This document shows, piece by piece, positions 18,990-28,971 of a DNA stretch of 64,000 nt (positions within the stretch are counted from its first letter, which is position 1; each line of letters opens with the position of its first letter). The DNA lies in NCBI GenBank assembly GCA_963715865.1, contig OY970280.1, positions 1,856,001 through 1,920,000 on the forward strand, written 5' to 3'. The notes below the pieces were generated by a model. That model was not told where the DNA came from. It was given only the letters and a program-made list of their open reading frames with translations, and made no database searches. This DNA is from Candidatus Bathyarchaeota archaeon. Lineage in GTDB: Archaea > Thermoproteota > Bathyarchaeia > Bathyarchaeales > Bathycorpusculaceae. Both the position numbers and the translations under genes were made by a program.

Positions 18990-19931
18990 CTATTTCCTAT
19001 AATAAGGTCGTCGGATGTAGCTGTAGGCTTCGAGGGCTGCGGTGATGCCTTGCCCCACAGCTGTCCCAACTTGCTTGACTGGATGGTTTGTTACGTCTCC
19101 AGCGGCGAAAACTCCCAGCAGATTTGTCTGTTGGCGAATGTCAATTTTAATGTATCCATGTTCATCTATTTCTATTCCAGAGGCTTTTGCGATTTGGCTG
19201 TTGGGTGCTTCGCCGACTTGGACAAAAACTGCATCCACGGGTAGTTCAGTTATTTGTTGAGTCAAGTTGTTTTTCAGTATGACTGCTTTTACTTGTCTGT
19301 CGCCTTTTATTTCTTGAATCTCAGTGTTCCATAGAATGTTCACGTTACCTTTTGATGCAATGTCTGTGACTAAAGATTCTTCAGCTCTGAATGCTTGCCT
19401 TCTATGAGTTACGGTAACTTGTGAAGCGATGCCTGAAAGATAAAGGGTAGTTATGCAAGCGGAGTTTCCACCGCCAACAATAAGCACTTTTTTGCCCTTG
19501 AAAAATGGGCCATCGCAAACGCCACAGTAACTTACGCCTTTACCTCGGAATTCTTTTTCCCCTTTTACGCCGATTTCCTTGTAATGTGAACCAGCGGAAA
19601 ATATTATTGCTTTAGCTTCATAGGTTGCTTTTGAAGTTTTAACAATTTTCTTTTCACCCGTAAGCTCTAATTCAGTTACAGGTTCCAAGTCGTGAATGGC
19701 TGCGCCAAGTTTTCTGCAGTGCGAAGTCATTTTTTCCGCAAGTTCTCCACCGCTAATCTCTGCAAATCCTGGATAATTCACTACTGTTGGAGCATCAGAG
19801 ATTGTTCCTCCAGCAAACTTCTCATCTAAAATTAGAGTTTTTAGTCCGCTTCGAACGGCGTAAATTCCAGCTGCCAAACCAGCGGAACCAGCACCGATTA
19901 TTATGATATCCCAGTTCTCCATAATGTGCAT
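18990..19931 (-). CDS. trxB: Thioredoxin reductase
   Basis: GAGSAGL, GVSYCGVCDG (CxxC), GGGNSA, FAAGDV. Confidence 0.92.
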   Translation of the reverse strand: MHIMENWDIIIIGAGSAGLAAGIYAVRSGLKTLILDEKFAGGTISDAPTVVNYPGFAEISGGELAEKMTSHCRKLGAAIHDLEPVTELELTGEKKIVKTSKATYEAKAIIFSAGSHYKEIGVKGEKEFRGKGVSYCGVCDGPFFKGKKVLIVGGGNSACITTLYLSGIASQVTVTHRRQAFRAEESLVTDIASKGNVNILWNTEIQEIKGDRQVKAVILKNNLTQQITELPVDAVFVQVGEAPNSQIAKASGIEIDEHGYIKIDIRQQTNLLGVFAAGDVTNHPVKQVGTAVGQGITAALEAYSYIRRPYYRK

Positions 19932-20046
19932 CTCTTTTAAGTGAATAGTGGATTAGGGCGGTTTATGAATTGTTCGTTTTTTAGCTAGTCTTTTGGGTGA
20001 ACAGCAGATTTCCAAGTGAATTTGGTTTTGGAACTATCATAAAGAT

Positions 20047-20640
20047 TTAAGGCACAGGTAAACCGTAGACTTTCAGTAGTTCATTGACGAAGTTTGTGCT
20101 CTTTTCGTTAATATCTTCGCCCGTGACAATTTTCATTGCCGCTTTAATCGTTACAGCGCTGCCGTTTGGGAGCGGTGCAACCTCTTTTGCAATTACTTGG
20201 GTTGTGTTACCGTCAGGTTGAATGCTTCCGATGCCGAAGGCGCCGACCGTCGTGTTTTGTGGAGGATTAAAGGTTTTTAGGTAGTTCTGCACGGAGCTGG
20301 CAATTTTTCCCATGTAGCATGGACCACCGGTAACAATTACATTATATGCGGAATAGTTAGCGGCAGCTTGACTTCTTATGCCTGCCAAGCATACTTGGTA
20401 CCCATTATCCTGTAAGCTGCTAGCAACAGCGGTTGCAACGTTTTTTGCATTACCGCTCATGCCTGGGTCAAACACGACGAGTGCGTTTCCAACCATTGTA
20501 CCTTTAGCTGGCAATGTTTGAGAACTGTTGGCGTCGGAAGAGTAGCTTCCTACATCCAATGCTGCTAAAGCAAAAACTATCACGAGTGCAATTATCAGTA
20601 TGGCGATTATTGCTCCAGCGATTTTAAAGATTTTTCTCAT
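20047..20640 (-). CDS. Membrane-anchored flavodoxin-like protein
   Basis: N-terminal TM; SGNAKNVA P-loop-like segment; GGPCYMG. Confidence 0.7.
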   Translation of the reverse strand: MRKIFKIAGAIIAILIIALVIVFALAALDVGSYSSDANSSQTLPAKGTMVGNALVVFDPGMSGNAKNVATAVASSLQDNGYQVCLAGIRSQAAANYSAYNVIVTGGPCYMGKIASSVQNYLKTFNPPQNTTVGAFGIGSIQPDGNTTQVIAKEVAPLPNGSAVTIKAAMKIVTGEDINEKSTNFVNELLKVYGLPVP

Positions 20641-20776
20641 TTTTCTGACTCCCTATTTATTGAGCATTTGGTTCTTTTGTTGAATTTAAGATTTTGTTTT
20701 AGTTTTGTCTTGACTTGTTTTTATTTTCCAATAAACAGATAAGGCTGAAATCGTTTTAGTTAATACTAGCAGTTTT

Positions 20777-22597
20777 TTGAAGGTGCAGATTTTGGCAAGG
20801 TACAGGTGCACAGTTTGCAATTACGTTTATGATGAAGCAAAAGAAGGAAAGAAGTTTAGTGATTTGCCTAAAGAATGGGTTTGTCCAGTTTGTGGAGCGC
20901 CTAAAACAGCTTTTGTGCTGTTAACTGAACAAGCCGAAGAGAAAAAGGCAGAGCATACAGTTTCAGAAGTTCTAATAAACCAGATCGCTGAGTGGGGTGT
21001 CCAATACGTTTTCGGTATTCCCGGAACCTCAACCTTAGGCGTTGTGGATGCCATACGAAAAACCAATGGCAAAGTCAAGTACTTGCAGGTTCGACATGAG
21101 CAGACAGCAGCGTTTATGGCTTCAGCTTATGGGAAATTGACTGGACACGTTGCTGCTTGTTTAGGTGTTTCTGGTCCAGGAGCAACGAACTTGGCCACTG
21201 GCTTGTATGATGCGAAGTTAGATCATTCGCCAGTTTTGGCTTTAACTGGGTTGGTGGCTAGGCAACTGATTGGTCCAGGTTCAACACAGGAGATTGATCA
21301 GTACTCTTTTTTTGAGCCAATTTGCGTTTTTAACAAGATTTTGATGTCTGAGGACCAGACTACTATGCTGGCTACGTTGGCAATTAAGCATGCACTTTTG
21401 GACCAAGGCGTTTCGCATATTGGGATTCCTAATGACGTGCAGAAGTTGCCTTATGAAGCGGAGATTTTGCCGTTTGAGGGCAGAATGCCTAATCTTGCGT
21501 ATGGACAGGAAGAATGGGTGGTCGAGAAGGCAGCGAAGGTTGTTGACCAAGCGGTTAGACCTGTGATTCTTGCGGGTTTCGGAGCGAGAGGGCAAGGCAA
21601 TAAGCTGTTAAAGTTGGCATCGAAAATTTCTGCGCCGATTATTGCAACTTTCAGAGCTAAAGGCGTTGTTGATGAGCATGAATCGTTGTACGTGGGTTGT
21701 CATGGTGGTATTGGTTCAACTGCCTCGGCGGAGCTTATGCAAAAAGCGGATTTGCTTATAGCTATTGGTTCTTCGTTTTCTGATCTATCGCAGATTCCAC
21801 AGAAGAAGACTGTGCAGATTGATATTAATCCGCTTATGATTGCGCGAAGATACCCTGTTGAGGTAGGATTGGTTGGCAACAGTGCAGTGCTAATCCCAAA
21901 GTTGACAGAGAAAATTCAGGAGAAACAGAACGCGGATTATTTGGCTGAGATTGCAAGGTTAAAGCAGGAATGGCTAAACCAACTGGAAAAAGAAGCCGAC
22001 GCAAATATGAAGCCGATTAGACCTCAGTACATAATCAAAGTTTTGAACGATAAAATTGCTGATGACGCAGTGATTTCTTTGGATGTGGGTGAAAACTGCT
22101 GGTGGTTCGGCAGGAACTTTATGATGCGCAAGTCACAGAAGATGGTGATGAGCGGCACTTTGGCTACAATGGGGTTTGGTTTGCCAGGCGCCATGGCTGC
22201 AGCACTTGCTTATCCCAATAGGCAGATTGTTTGTTTGACTGGTGATGGCGGCTTAACAATGGTTATGAGCGACTTTTTAACAGCTTTGAAGTACAAGTTG
22301 CCGGTTAAAGTTTTTGTCATGAACAATAAGCGTTTGGGAATGATTATGCAGGAGCAGAAGGTTGAGGGTTACGAAGACTGGCAAACCGACCTGTACGACT
22401 TTAGTTTTGCTGATTTTGCTGAGCATTCTGGTGGCTTAGGTATTAAGGTTACTGAGCCAAGCGAGCTTGAAGTAGCCGTTGATAAAGCGCTTTCAACTAC
22501 TAAGCCAACGATTGTTGATATCGATACTGACCCAAGAAGATTTTTCTATACCTACGACCACTCTATTAGTTCACAGGGTAAGTTGAAAAATGGATAA
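20777..22597 (+). CDS. Rubredoxin-fused TPP-dependent enzyme (pyruvate oxidase/decarboxylase-like)
   Basis: [11 protein letters not shown]...WVCPVCG rubredoxin; [21 protein letters not shown]...NN TPP motif. Confidence 0.9.
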   Translation: MKVQILARYRCTVCNYVYDEAKEGKKFSDLPKEWVCPVCGAPKTAFVLLTEQAEEKKAEHTVSEVLINQIAEWGVQYVFGIPGTSTLGVVDAIRKTNGKVKYLQVRHEQTAAFMASAYGKLTGHVAACLGVSGPGATNLATGLYDAKLDHSPVLALTGLVARQLIGPGSTQEIDQYSFFEPICVFNKILMSEDQTTMLATLAIKHALLDQGVSHIGIPNDVQKLPYEAEILPFEGRMPNLAYGQEEWVVEKAAKVVDQAVRPVILAGFGARGQGNKLLKLASKISAPIIATFRAKGVVDEHESLYVGCHGGIGSTASAELMQKADLLIAIGSSFSDLSQIPQKKTVQIDINPLMIARRYPVEVGLVGNSAVLIPKLTEKIQEKQNADYLAEIARLKQEWLNQLEKEADANMKPIRPQYIIKVLNDKIADDAVISLDVGENCWWFGRNFMMRKSQKMVMSGTLATMGFGLPGAMAAALAYPNRQIVCLTGDGGLTMVMSDFLTALKYKLPVKVFVMNNKRLGMIMQEQKVEGYEDWQTDLYDFSFADFAEHSGGLGIKVTEPSELEVAVDKALSTTKPTIVDIDTDPRRFFYTYDHSISSQGKLKNG

Positions 22598-22787
22598 AAA
22601 ACTTAAAGACCGTTGGGTTGGAGGTCTTGGAGGTGGAGGGGGCGCACTGTTGTTATATAGTGTTATTATTTACGTTGTCTCGCCAGGTGCAAGAAGCTTT
22701 TGGTCATTCACTTTATCATTAGGACTCGTAGGAGCTATCCTATTATCACTTGGGATTTATGCTCATACAATAAAAGTCGACAAATAA
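22590..22787 (+). CDS. Small 2-TM protein
   Basis: 65 aa, overlaps the upstream stop, two hydrophobic helices. Confidence 0.6.
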   Translation: MDKKLKDRWVGGLGGGGGALLLYSVIIYVVSPGARSFWSFTLSLGLVGAILLSLGIYAHTIKVDK

Positions 22788-22826
22788 AACAAACTATTTG
22801 TTGGCAATAGAATTGGGCGATTTTGT

Positions 22827-22927
22827 TGGTAGCGGGGACTAGATTTGAACTAGTGATCTCTGGGTGTCTCCGAGCGACGAGCGCTCTTATGAGCCCAGCG
22901 GGTTAATCCTGGCTACCCCACCCCGCT
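22827..22927 (-). tRNA. tRNA-iMet(CAT) with 22-nt intron (22866-22887) and encoded CCA
   Basis: A1-U72 acceptor AGCGGGG/CCCCGCT, three G-C pairs in the anticodon stem, CTCATA|intron|A, T-arm ACTAG-TTCAAAT-CTAGT, BHB-like junction. Confidence 0.93.
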
Positions 22928-23050
22928 ACATCTTTTCCTCTATAATTCTTTGATGTAAGGTATTACTTTATTTGTCAAATATTAATAGTTTCTTTTTCAT
23001 TTCGGCAAAAGCATTTTAGAGGCGACTAATATTTCTATGGCAAGGATAGT

Positions 23051-23725
23051 TTGCTGATGGATAAGCCGTATTTGCGTAAACTTTCAACTCCGACTCTTGA
23101 AAATCCTGTTTTTGTTCAAGGTCTTCCTGGCTTTGGGAATGTTGGCAGAATTGCGGCTCATCTTCTCATAAAATTCTGTGATGCCAAACCTTTTGCAGAG
23201 TTGTATTCTCCTTCTTTTCCAGATTACGTTTCCATAAATGCTAAGGGTATATGTCACTTGCCCAGATACGAGTTTTATTATGCTCCCATGGAGAAAAACA
23301 ACCTTGTCATAATGACGGGTGAAATTCAGCCTTCATTTGAGGATGTAGTTGCTCATTATCAGGTTTGTGAAGAAGTGATTGATTTTGTTGAAACGTTAGG
23401 TTGCCATTTCGTTATAACCATGGGCGGCGTACCAATAACTGAGGACAAAGCTCAGGTTTACATTGCCGCTACATCTCCGGAGTTGGCGACTGAGTTTATG
23501 GAAAAAGGCGCAGTTATTTACAGCAAAGGCAGAATCGTCGGTGGAACAGGGCTTACCCTGGCGTTGGCGAAGGAAAGAAAAATGGAAGGGGTTAGTTTGC
23601 TGGGAACCACCACGGGGTTCAGAGCAGACCGCGAAGCTGGATTTCTTGTTTTTAAGTTTTTAATGAAGACTTTAGGAAAAGAGATAAAAGAAGGTTTAGG
23701 AGAAAACAATGCACCAGAAGAGTAG
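23051..23725 (+). CDS. PAC2 family (proteasome assembly chaperone-like) protein
   Basis: GLPGFGNVGRIAA, LYSPSFP, GEIQP, TMGG. Confidence 0.88.
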   Translation: MLMDKPYLRKLSTPTLENPVFVQGLPGFGNVGRIAAHLLIKFCDAKPFAELYSPSFPDYVSINAKGICHLPRYEFYYAPMEKNNLVIMTGEIQPSFEDVVAHYQVCEEVIDFVETLGCHFVITMGGVPITEDKAQVYIAATSPELATEFMEKGAVIYSKGRIVGGTGLTLALAKERKMEGVSLLGTTTGFRADREAGFLVFKFLMKTLGKEIKEGLGENNAPEE

Positions 23726-23731
23726 TTAGGT

Positions 23732-23974
23732 GTGGTCGCAATGACTGAAAATGAAGAAAACATGAATGTTGGCGGTATATATTCCAAATTCGGGAGAATT
23801 TCACTGGTAGTTATATCAGTACTTTTAATCTTTGCAGGTCCAACTTACGTTCCATACGCAATGACGGAGCTTAAAATAAATTACTTTGCCGCAATAGGCG
23901 CTGGTCTTGTCCTGTTTATAATAGGCATATTATTCTTGTTATTCCTTGTCAGAAAGAAGATAATAACAGCGTAA
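23732..23974 (+). CDS. Small 2-TM hypothetical protein
   Basis: 80 aa with two TM segments, co-oriented with PAC2. Confidence 0.65.
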   Translation: MVAMTENEENMNVGGIYSKFGRISLVVISVLLIFAGPTYVPYAMTELKINYFAAIGAGLVLFIIGILFLLFLVRKKIITA

Positions 23975-23976
23975 GT

Positions 23977-24036
23977 TTTGCCTCAGATACCCCAGGGTGC
24001 ATCATCAATCAGCATTTTGGATTCTTCATCGGCAAA
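23977..24036 (-). ncRNA. Box C/D guide sRNA
   Basis: Minus strand: TTTGCC-GATGA-(13 nt guide)-CTGA-T-TGATGA-(15 nt guide)-CTGA-GGCAAA; TATA-like TTAATAAA about 25 nt upstream. Confidence 0.75.
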
Positions 24037-24156
24037 GCTTCTAGAGATATAACCTGTTTTATTAAGTATTCTTTGAACTTTTGAAAAGAAACCTGACTGT
24101 AAATATATTTGCTGAATACATAAGGCATATTAAATATTAACGTAGCAATAGCTTCT

Positions 24157-24744
24157 ATGCAAGATGCCAACCGAAGAAGACCTGATTTGCCAAAAGAAAA
24201 AAATGAAGAAGCAAAAAGAACAACAATTATTCTTGAAAAAAGCGAACGAGAATTCATTGAATCATTAATCAAAGAAGGGAAGGAGCCTGGAATCAAACCA
24301 CTCATCTCCAAAATGCTTGACATTTACAGAAGTATGATGATTTATGATTGGCGTTTTCCCGGTGAATACTACTGTGGAATAAGTCGTATAGCTCTTGTTA
24401 ACGTTGAATTATTTAACATACTAACTCAACAGATTCCTAAAGAAAAGTGGTGCGAGGTTGGTGAAAAAATGGGTGATGCCCTAAAAGTTTCACTCCAATC
24501 AACACTAGGCATCGAAGCAAGTGAACAGGAAAATTGGGAAAAAGTATTCAAACAGTTGAAAGTGCAAGGATTCGGAGATTTCTATTTGAAAGACAAATTT
24601 TTGCTTCTTAAAACGCCGTTTATTAATGATTGCGAAATTTGGAAAGGCATAATGGAAGGATTGTTAAGCGTAGAGTTAGAAACCAGAAATTCTGCGCCGC
24701 CGTTAGTTTTTGAAATTAAAAAACGGAAGCCAGCTTTAGTTTAG
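24157..24744 (+). CDS. Putative regulator: RHH-like N-terminus plus V4R/HNOX-like ligand domain
   Basis: RTTIIL strand followed by two helices; VGEKMG and QGFGDF pattern; the fold call is inference. Confidence 0.6.
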   Translation: MQDANRRRPDLPKEKNEEAKRTTIILEKSEREFIESLIKEGKEPGIKPLISKMLDIYRSMMIYDWRFPGEYYCGISRIALVNVELFNILTQQIPKEKWCEVGEKMGDALKVSLQSTLGIEASEQENWEKVFKQLKVQGFGDFYLKDKFLLLKTPFINDCEIWKGIMEGLLSVELETRNSAPPLVFEIKKRKPALV

Positions 24745-24793
24745 TCCTTTTTTTAGCATTTCGACAGTTAAATATTAGGAAACATGTTTATTA

Positions 24794-24879
24794 GGAAGAC
24801 AGGCAATCAGGTGTCTTCCAGTGGTAAATGATGAGGGATTGCGTTCATACAAGGCGATTGCGTTCATTAAAAGCAATCC
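24794..24879 (+). promoter_or_regulatory. Repeat/hairpin-rich leader upstream of hisG
   Basis: GGAAGACA/TGTCTTCC hairpin; direct repeat GATTGCGTTCAT x2 (24837, 24856); GCAATC at 24803 and 24873. Confidence 0.5.
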
Positions 24880-24996
24880 AAAATGTACAAGCCTAAAAAC
24901 AAAAACCTATTTGAAATTAGGCAATTCCCTCAAGAAAACCATTTTATCAAAACAAAAAACCTCTAGTTTTTTCTCTAAAAATTTAGGTGAAAAATT

Positions 24997-25998
24997 ATGG
25001 ACAAAGTAAAATTTGCTATACCAGCAGGCTCCCTATCAAAAGCAACCTTTGAAATATTCGAGCGTTCAGGCTACAAAGTCTCAGGTCAAGAACGCACCTA
25101 CCGACCAACCATAAACGACCCAAAAATTGAATTAAAAATCCTCAGACCCCAAGAAATCCCGTTCTTTGTCAGCGAAGGCTTACAGGACGTGGGTATTACC
25201 GGGCAAGATTGGATTCGCGAAACCCGAGCAGACGTAGAAGTACTGCAGAACCTTGAATACGGAAAAATCCGCTTAGTCGTGGCTGTACCAGAAAGCATGA
25301 GTGAAATCGGCGCCATGTCTGACATCATAGAGGACATTTGGAGCAGAGGCAAAAACTTCCGCGTATCAACCGAGTACCTAAACATTGCTTCTGAGTACAT
25401 AAAAAGCAATCCAGCATACAAGAAACGCTTCGGAGACGCAGACCCTATAATCGTGACGCCTTGGTGGAGAAAAGGCGACAACCCCAGAGCAAAAATCTTC
25501 CTTTCGTTTGGTGCAACGGAAGCTAAACCCCCAGAAAACTCTGACTGCATAATTGACGTTACAGAAACAGGCACAACCCTTGAAGCAAACAACCTCAAGA
25601 TTATTGAGACAGTCATGCAGTCTTCAGCAGTGCTAATCGCAAACAAGAAAACGTTAGAAGACCCAGAGAAGAAAGAAAAAATCTACGACATAGTCAGCCT
25701 ACTTAAAGGCGTCGTGGACGGATCCAAGAGAATCCACATTTTCGTTAACGTACGAAAAACTAACTTGCAGAAACTGCTCACAAGTCTGCCTGCATTAAAG
25801 AACCCTACGATAGCGCCACTAGCTGATGAGGAATGGTGCTCGGTTAATACTGTCATCGAGAAAGACTGCTTAATCGAGCTCTTGCCAAAAATCCGTAAAC
25901 TCGCTCAAGGACTAGTGGTGTACGAGCCGCGGCAGGTGCTGGCTTTAGATGAGATTAGTAAGAGAGAGGAGAAACCGTGCAAAAGCAAGCCCAAGTGA
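24997..25998 (+). CDS. hisG: ATP phosphoribosyltransferase (long form)
   Basis: LRPQEIP, DVGITGQD, GATEA, DVTETGTTL, C-terminal regulatory domain. Confidence 0.95.
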   Translation: MDKVKFAIPAGSLSKATFEIFERSGYKVSGQERTYRPTINDPKIELKILRPQEIPFFVSEGLQDVGITGQDWIRETRADVEVLQNLEYGKIRLVVAVPESMSEIGAMSDIIEDIWSRGKNFRVSTEYLNIASEYIKSNPAYKKRFGDADPIIVTPWWRKGDNPRAKIFLSFGATEAKPPENSDCIIDVTETGTTLEANNLKIIETVMQSSAVLIANKKTLEDPEKKEKIYDIVSLLKGVVDGSKRIHIFVNVRKTNLQKLLTSLPALKNPTIAPLADEEWCSVNTVIEKDCLIELLPKIRKLAQGLVVYEPRQVLALDEISKREEKPCKSKPK

Positions 25999-27278
25999 AA
26001 ATCTGGAAAGCAGAAGCGCTACCGCAAGATTGGTTTAAACGGCAAAAAGCAGACCGGAAAGCAGCTCAGCAGGTCGAAAGCGACGTTAAAGCCATAATAA
26101 GCCAAGTAAAAGAAAACGGCGACAAAGCACTAATAGAACTCACCAAAAAATTTGACAAAGCCAAGTTAACCACAAAAACCTTCAAAGTCAAAGCAGAAGA
26201 AATCAAAGAAGCATACAAAAAAACAAGCCAAAAACAAGTTGCCGCGCTCAAATTCATGCAAGAAAAAGTAAGCGCCTTCCAGAAACAACAGCTCAACCAA
26301 ACTGAAACTAAAACTACTAACGATGGCATAACTGTTCAAACTGTTCTGCGCCCAATCGAAAGCGTCGGCTGTTACGTTCCAGGGGGACAGGCCGCTTACC
26401 CAAGCACTCTCGTCATGACTGCAGTGCCCGCCAAAGTTGCAGGCGTCCCAAGAATAGTCGTGTGTTCGCCGCCAGAGGCTGAGGGCAAAGTTAACCCCCT
26501 GGTTCTTGTTGCCGCTGACATCTGTGGAGTAGACGAGGTTTACAAGGTTGGAGGAGCCCAAGCCATTGCCGCGTTAGCTTACGGAACCGAAACCATAAAG
26601 CCCGTGCGAAAAATTGTGGGTCCAGGAAGCAAATACGTGACTGCGGCGAAAGCTCTTGTTTCGAAGGATGTGGCAATCGACATGCCAGCTGGCCCAAGCG
26701 AAGTCCTCGTGCTAGCAGATGAAACAGCTGATGCGCGGCTTATTGCTTACGACATGATTTCTCAAGCTGAGCATGGAGGAGACAGCGTTGCAGGACTCAT
26801 AACCACCTCAGAAAGGCTAGCAAAAGAGGTTCAGGAAAATCTTTCAAAGCTTGCCTCTTCCGCTGAAAGAGGCGATAAAGTCTCAGAGGCACTAGTGAAA
26901 TACGGGTTCATAATAACCTGCAACAGCAATGATGAAGCTGTTACGTTAGCAAATCAGTTTGCCCCTGAGCACTTAGAAGCCTTGACTGCCGATGCTAAAA
27001 AATTGGCTGAAAAACTCATAGCTGGCCTTATACTCATAGGTCCGTACAGTCCCGTTGCCTTAAGCGATTACGGTAGCGGAACGAATCACGTGTTGCCTAC
27101 AGGCGGCTTCGCACAAGCTTTCTCTGGTCTATCTGCGTTGGACTTTACAAGGCGAGTAAGCATTGTTGAAAGTTCAAAAGCAGGCTTAGAAAGGGTAAAA
27201 GACAGCATCAAGATTATGGCGGAAGCGGAAAACCTTCCAAATCACTATAAAGCGATACAGGCAAGGTTTGAAAAATGA
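25977..27278 (+). CDS. hisD: Histidinol dehydrogenase
   Basis: [44 protein letters not shown]. Confidence 0.96.
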   Translation: MQKQAQVKIWKAEALPQDWFKRQKADRKAAQQVESDVKAIISQVKENGDKALIELTKKFDKAKLTTKTFKVKAEEIKEAYKKTSQKQVAALKFMQEKVSAFQKQQLNQTETKTTNDGITVQTVLRPIESVGCYVPGGQAAYPSTLVMTAVPAKVAGVPRIVVCSPPEAEGKVNPLVLVAADICGVDEVYKVGGAQAIAALAYGTETIKPVRKIVGPGSKYVTAAKALVSKDVAIDMPAGPSEVLVLADETADARLIAYDMISQAEHGGDSVAGLITTSERLAKEVQENLSKLASSAERGDKVSEALVKYGFIITCNSNDEAVTLANQFAPEHLEALTADAKKLAEKLIAGLILIGPYSPVALSDYGSGTNHVLPTGGFAQAFSGLSALDFTRRVSIVESSKAGLERVKDSIKIMAEAENLPNHYKAIQARFEK

Positions 27279-28393
27279 GTGCATCCTACAGGAAATGGCT
27301 AAAAGAAAAACTCTTGAAACTTCAAGCAATAGACTGCTACTCTGCTGGAGCTTCACCCGAAACCGTAGCGAAGCAAATAGGCATCCCTGCAAAACAAATA
27401 ATCAAGCTAAATTTCAACGAGAACCTGTTCATTCCAAGAACGAAACAAGCTAAACTTGTTAAAGAGTTGGCTGATGAGATTGATTTGCGACTGTACCCTG
27501 AGGATGAAGATGCCAAGCTGCGCGAGAAGCTAACGAATTACATTAAGGCTCCAAAAGACTGCCTCGTGGTTGGCAACGCAAGCGACGAATTAATCGACCG
27601 AATCGTTAGGCTCTTTGTTGAGAAAGGTGAAAATGCAGTTTCGTTTGCGCCAACGTTCACTATTCCAAGACTTTGCGTTAAACGGCAAGAAGGCGAATAC
27701 ATTGCGGTGCCGCTTCTAAGCAACTTGCAGCTTGATGTTAAAGGGATGCTGTCCAAGTTTTCGGATAAAACCAGGCTACTGTACCTTTGTTCGCCCAATA
27801 ATCCGACTTCAACCCAGTTTAAAGTGGAAGACGTTGAAACCCTAGCCAAAGCTTTCCCGGGAGTTGTCATCTTGGATGAGGCGTACGGTGAATTCTCTGA
27901 CTACTCGCTGGTGCCACGAATAGGTGAGTTTGAGAATATGATTATTCTCAGAACGTTCTCCAAAGCCTTCGGTTTAGCTGCGCTCAGGCTTGGTTACGCC
28001 GTGGCAAATCCCGAGTTAGCAAAGATTTTGACCGAGAAAACTCCGTTGCCCTATCCTGTGAGTGGTTTCACTTTGAGGATGGGTTGCAAGATGCTGGACA
28101 ATGTTGACTTGATGAAGGAATCCGTGAAGGAACTAAAACGCGAACGGGGAAAACTGATAAAGGCACTAAACGAAATAGATGGCGTACAAGCATTCGATTC
28201 ACAAGCAAACTTCCTGCTAGTCAACACGCAAAAACCCTGCGACGAAGTTAACGAGAAGCTACTAAAACGGGGTATAATGCTCAAGAAATGGGGCAAAATC
28301 CTCCAATACGAAAACTGCTTCCGAGTAACAGTTGGCTTGCCAGAAATGAACGCTAAACTTATTGAAGCATTAAAACAAATTCAAAGTGATTAA
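27275..28393 (+). CDS. hisC: Histidinol-phosphate aminotransferase
   Basis: KLNFNEN, SPNNPT, DEAY, RTFSKAFGLAALRLGY. Confidence 0.94.
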   Translation: MSASYRKWLKEKLLKLQAIDCYSAGASPETVAKQIGIPAKQIIKLNFNENLFIPRTKQAKLVKELADEIDLRLYPEDEDAKLREKLTNYIKAPKDCLVVGNASDELIDRIVRLFVEKGENAVSFAPTFTIPRLCVKRQEGEYIAVPLLSNLQLDVKGMLSKFSDKTRLLYLCSPNNPTSTQFKVEDVETLAKAFPGVVILDEAYGEFSDYSLVPRIGEFENMIILRTFSKAFGLAALRLGYAVANPELAKILTEKTPLPYPVSGFTLRMGCKMLDNVDLMKESVKELKRERGKLIKALNEIDGVQAFDSQANFLLVNTQKPCDEVNEKLLKRGIMLKKWGKILQYENCFRVTVGLPEMNAKLIEALKQIQSD

Positions 28394-28395
28394 AG

Positions 28396-28971
28396 ATGAG
28401 GAAAGAAGAAGTTTACCGTAAAACCAAAGAAACCGAAGTTAAAGTGAAAGTGAACCTTGACGGCGAAGGAAAAGCCACCGTAAACACCGCTGTGCCCTTC
28501 CTAGACCACATGCTCACTTCGCTTGCGACACACAGCCTAATCGACATAACCGCTTCAGTGAAAGGCGACTTGGTGCACCACTCAGTTGAAGACTTAGCCA
28601 TAGGCTTAGGTGAAGCATTAAACAAAGCCTTAGGCACACGAGAAGGCATCACACGCTTCGGCAACGCCGCTGCACCGATGGATTGCTCTTTAGCGTTTGC
28701 AGCCGTGGACCTGGTAAAGCGTCCATACTTCAAAGTTGACCTTAAACTTAGAGGCAAAAAAGTAGAGAACATGCCAACCGAAGACATCAACCACTTCTTT
28801 GAATCCTTAGCTACCGCGCTTCAGGCAAATGTCCACGTGTTCGTTGAGTACGGTAGCAATGACCACCACAAGGCAGAAGCGGCAGTTAAAGCCCTCGCCT
28901 TGTCGCTTAGGCAAGCGGTAGCCTTAGACCCAAGACGGAAAGGAGTGCCAAGCTCAAAAGGAGTCATCTAA
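28396..28971 (+). CDS. hisB: Imidazoleglycerol-phosphate dehydratase
   Basis: RKTKET, FLDHML, HHSVED, NDHHKAEA. Confidence 0.96.
   Translation: MRKEEVYRKTKETEVKVKVNLDGEGKATVNTAVPFLDHMLTSLATHSLIDITASVKGDLVHHSVEDLAIGLGEALNKALGTREGITRFGNAAAPMDCSLAFAAVDLVKRPYFKVDLKLRGKKVENMPTEDINHFFESLATALQANVHVFVEYGSNDHHKAEAAVKALALSLRQAVALDPRRKGVPSSKGVI

Noticed and set aside
24828-24896. ATGATGA box C, or a his attenuator peptide (MMRDCVHTRR...)
   Set aside because: No downstream CTGA; the peptide has a single His, so it is not a His-codon attenuator
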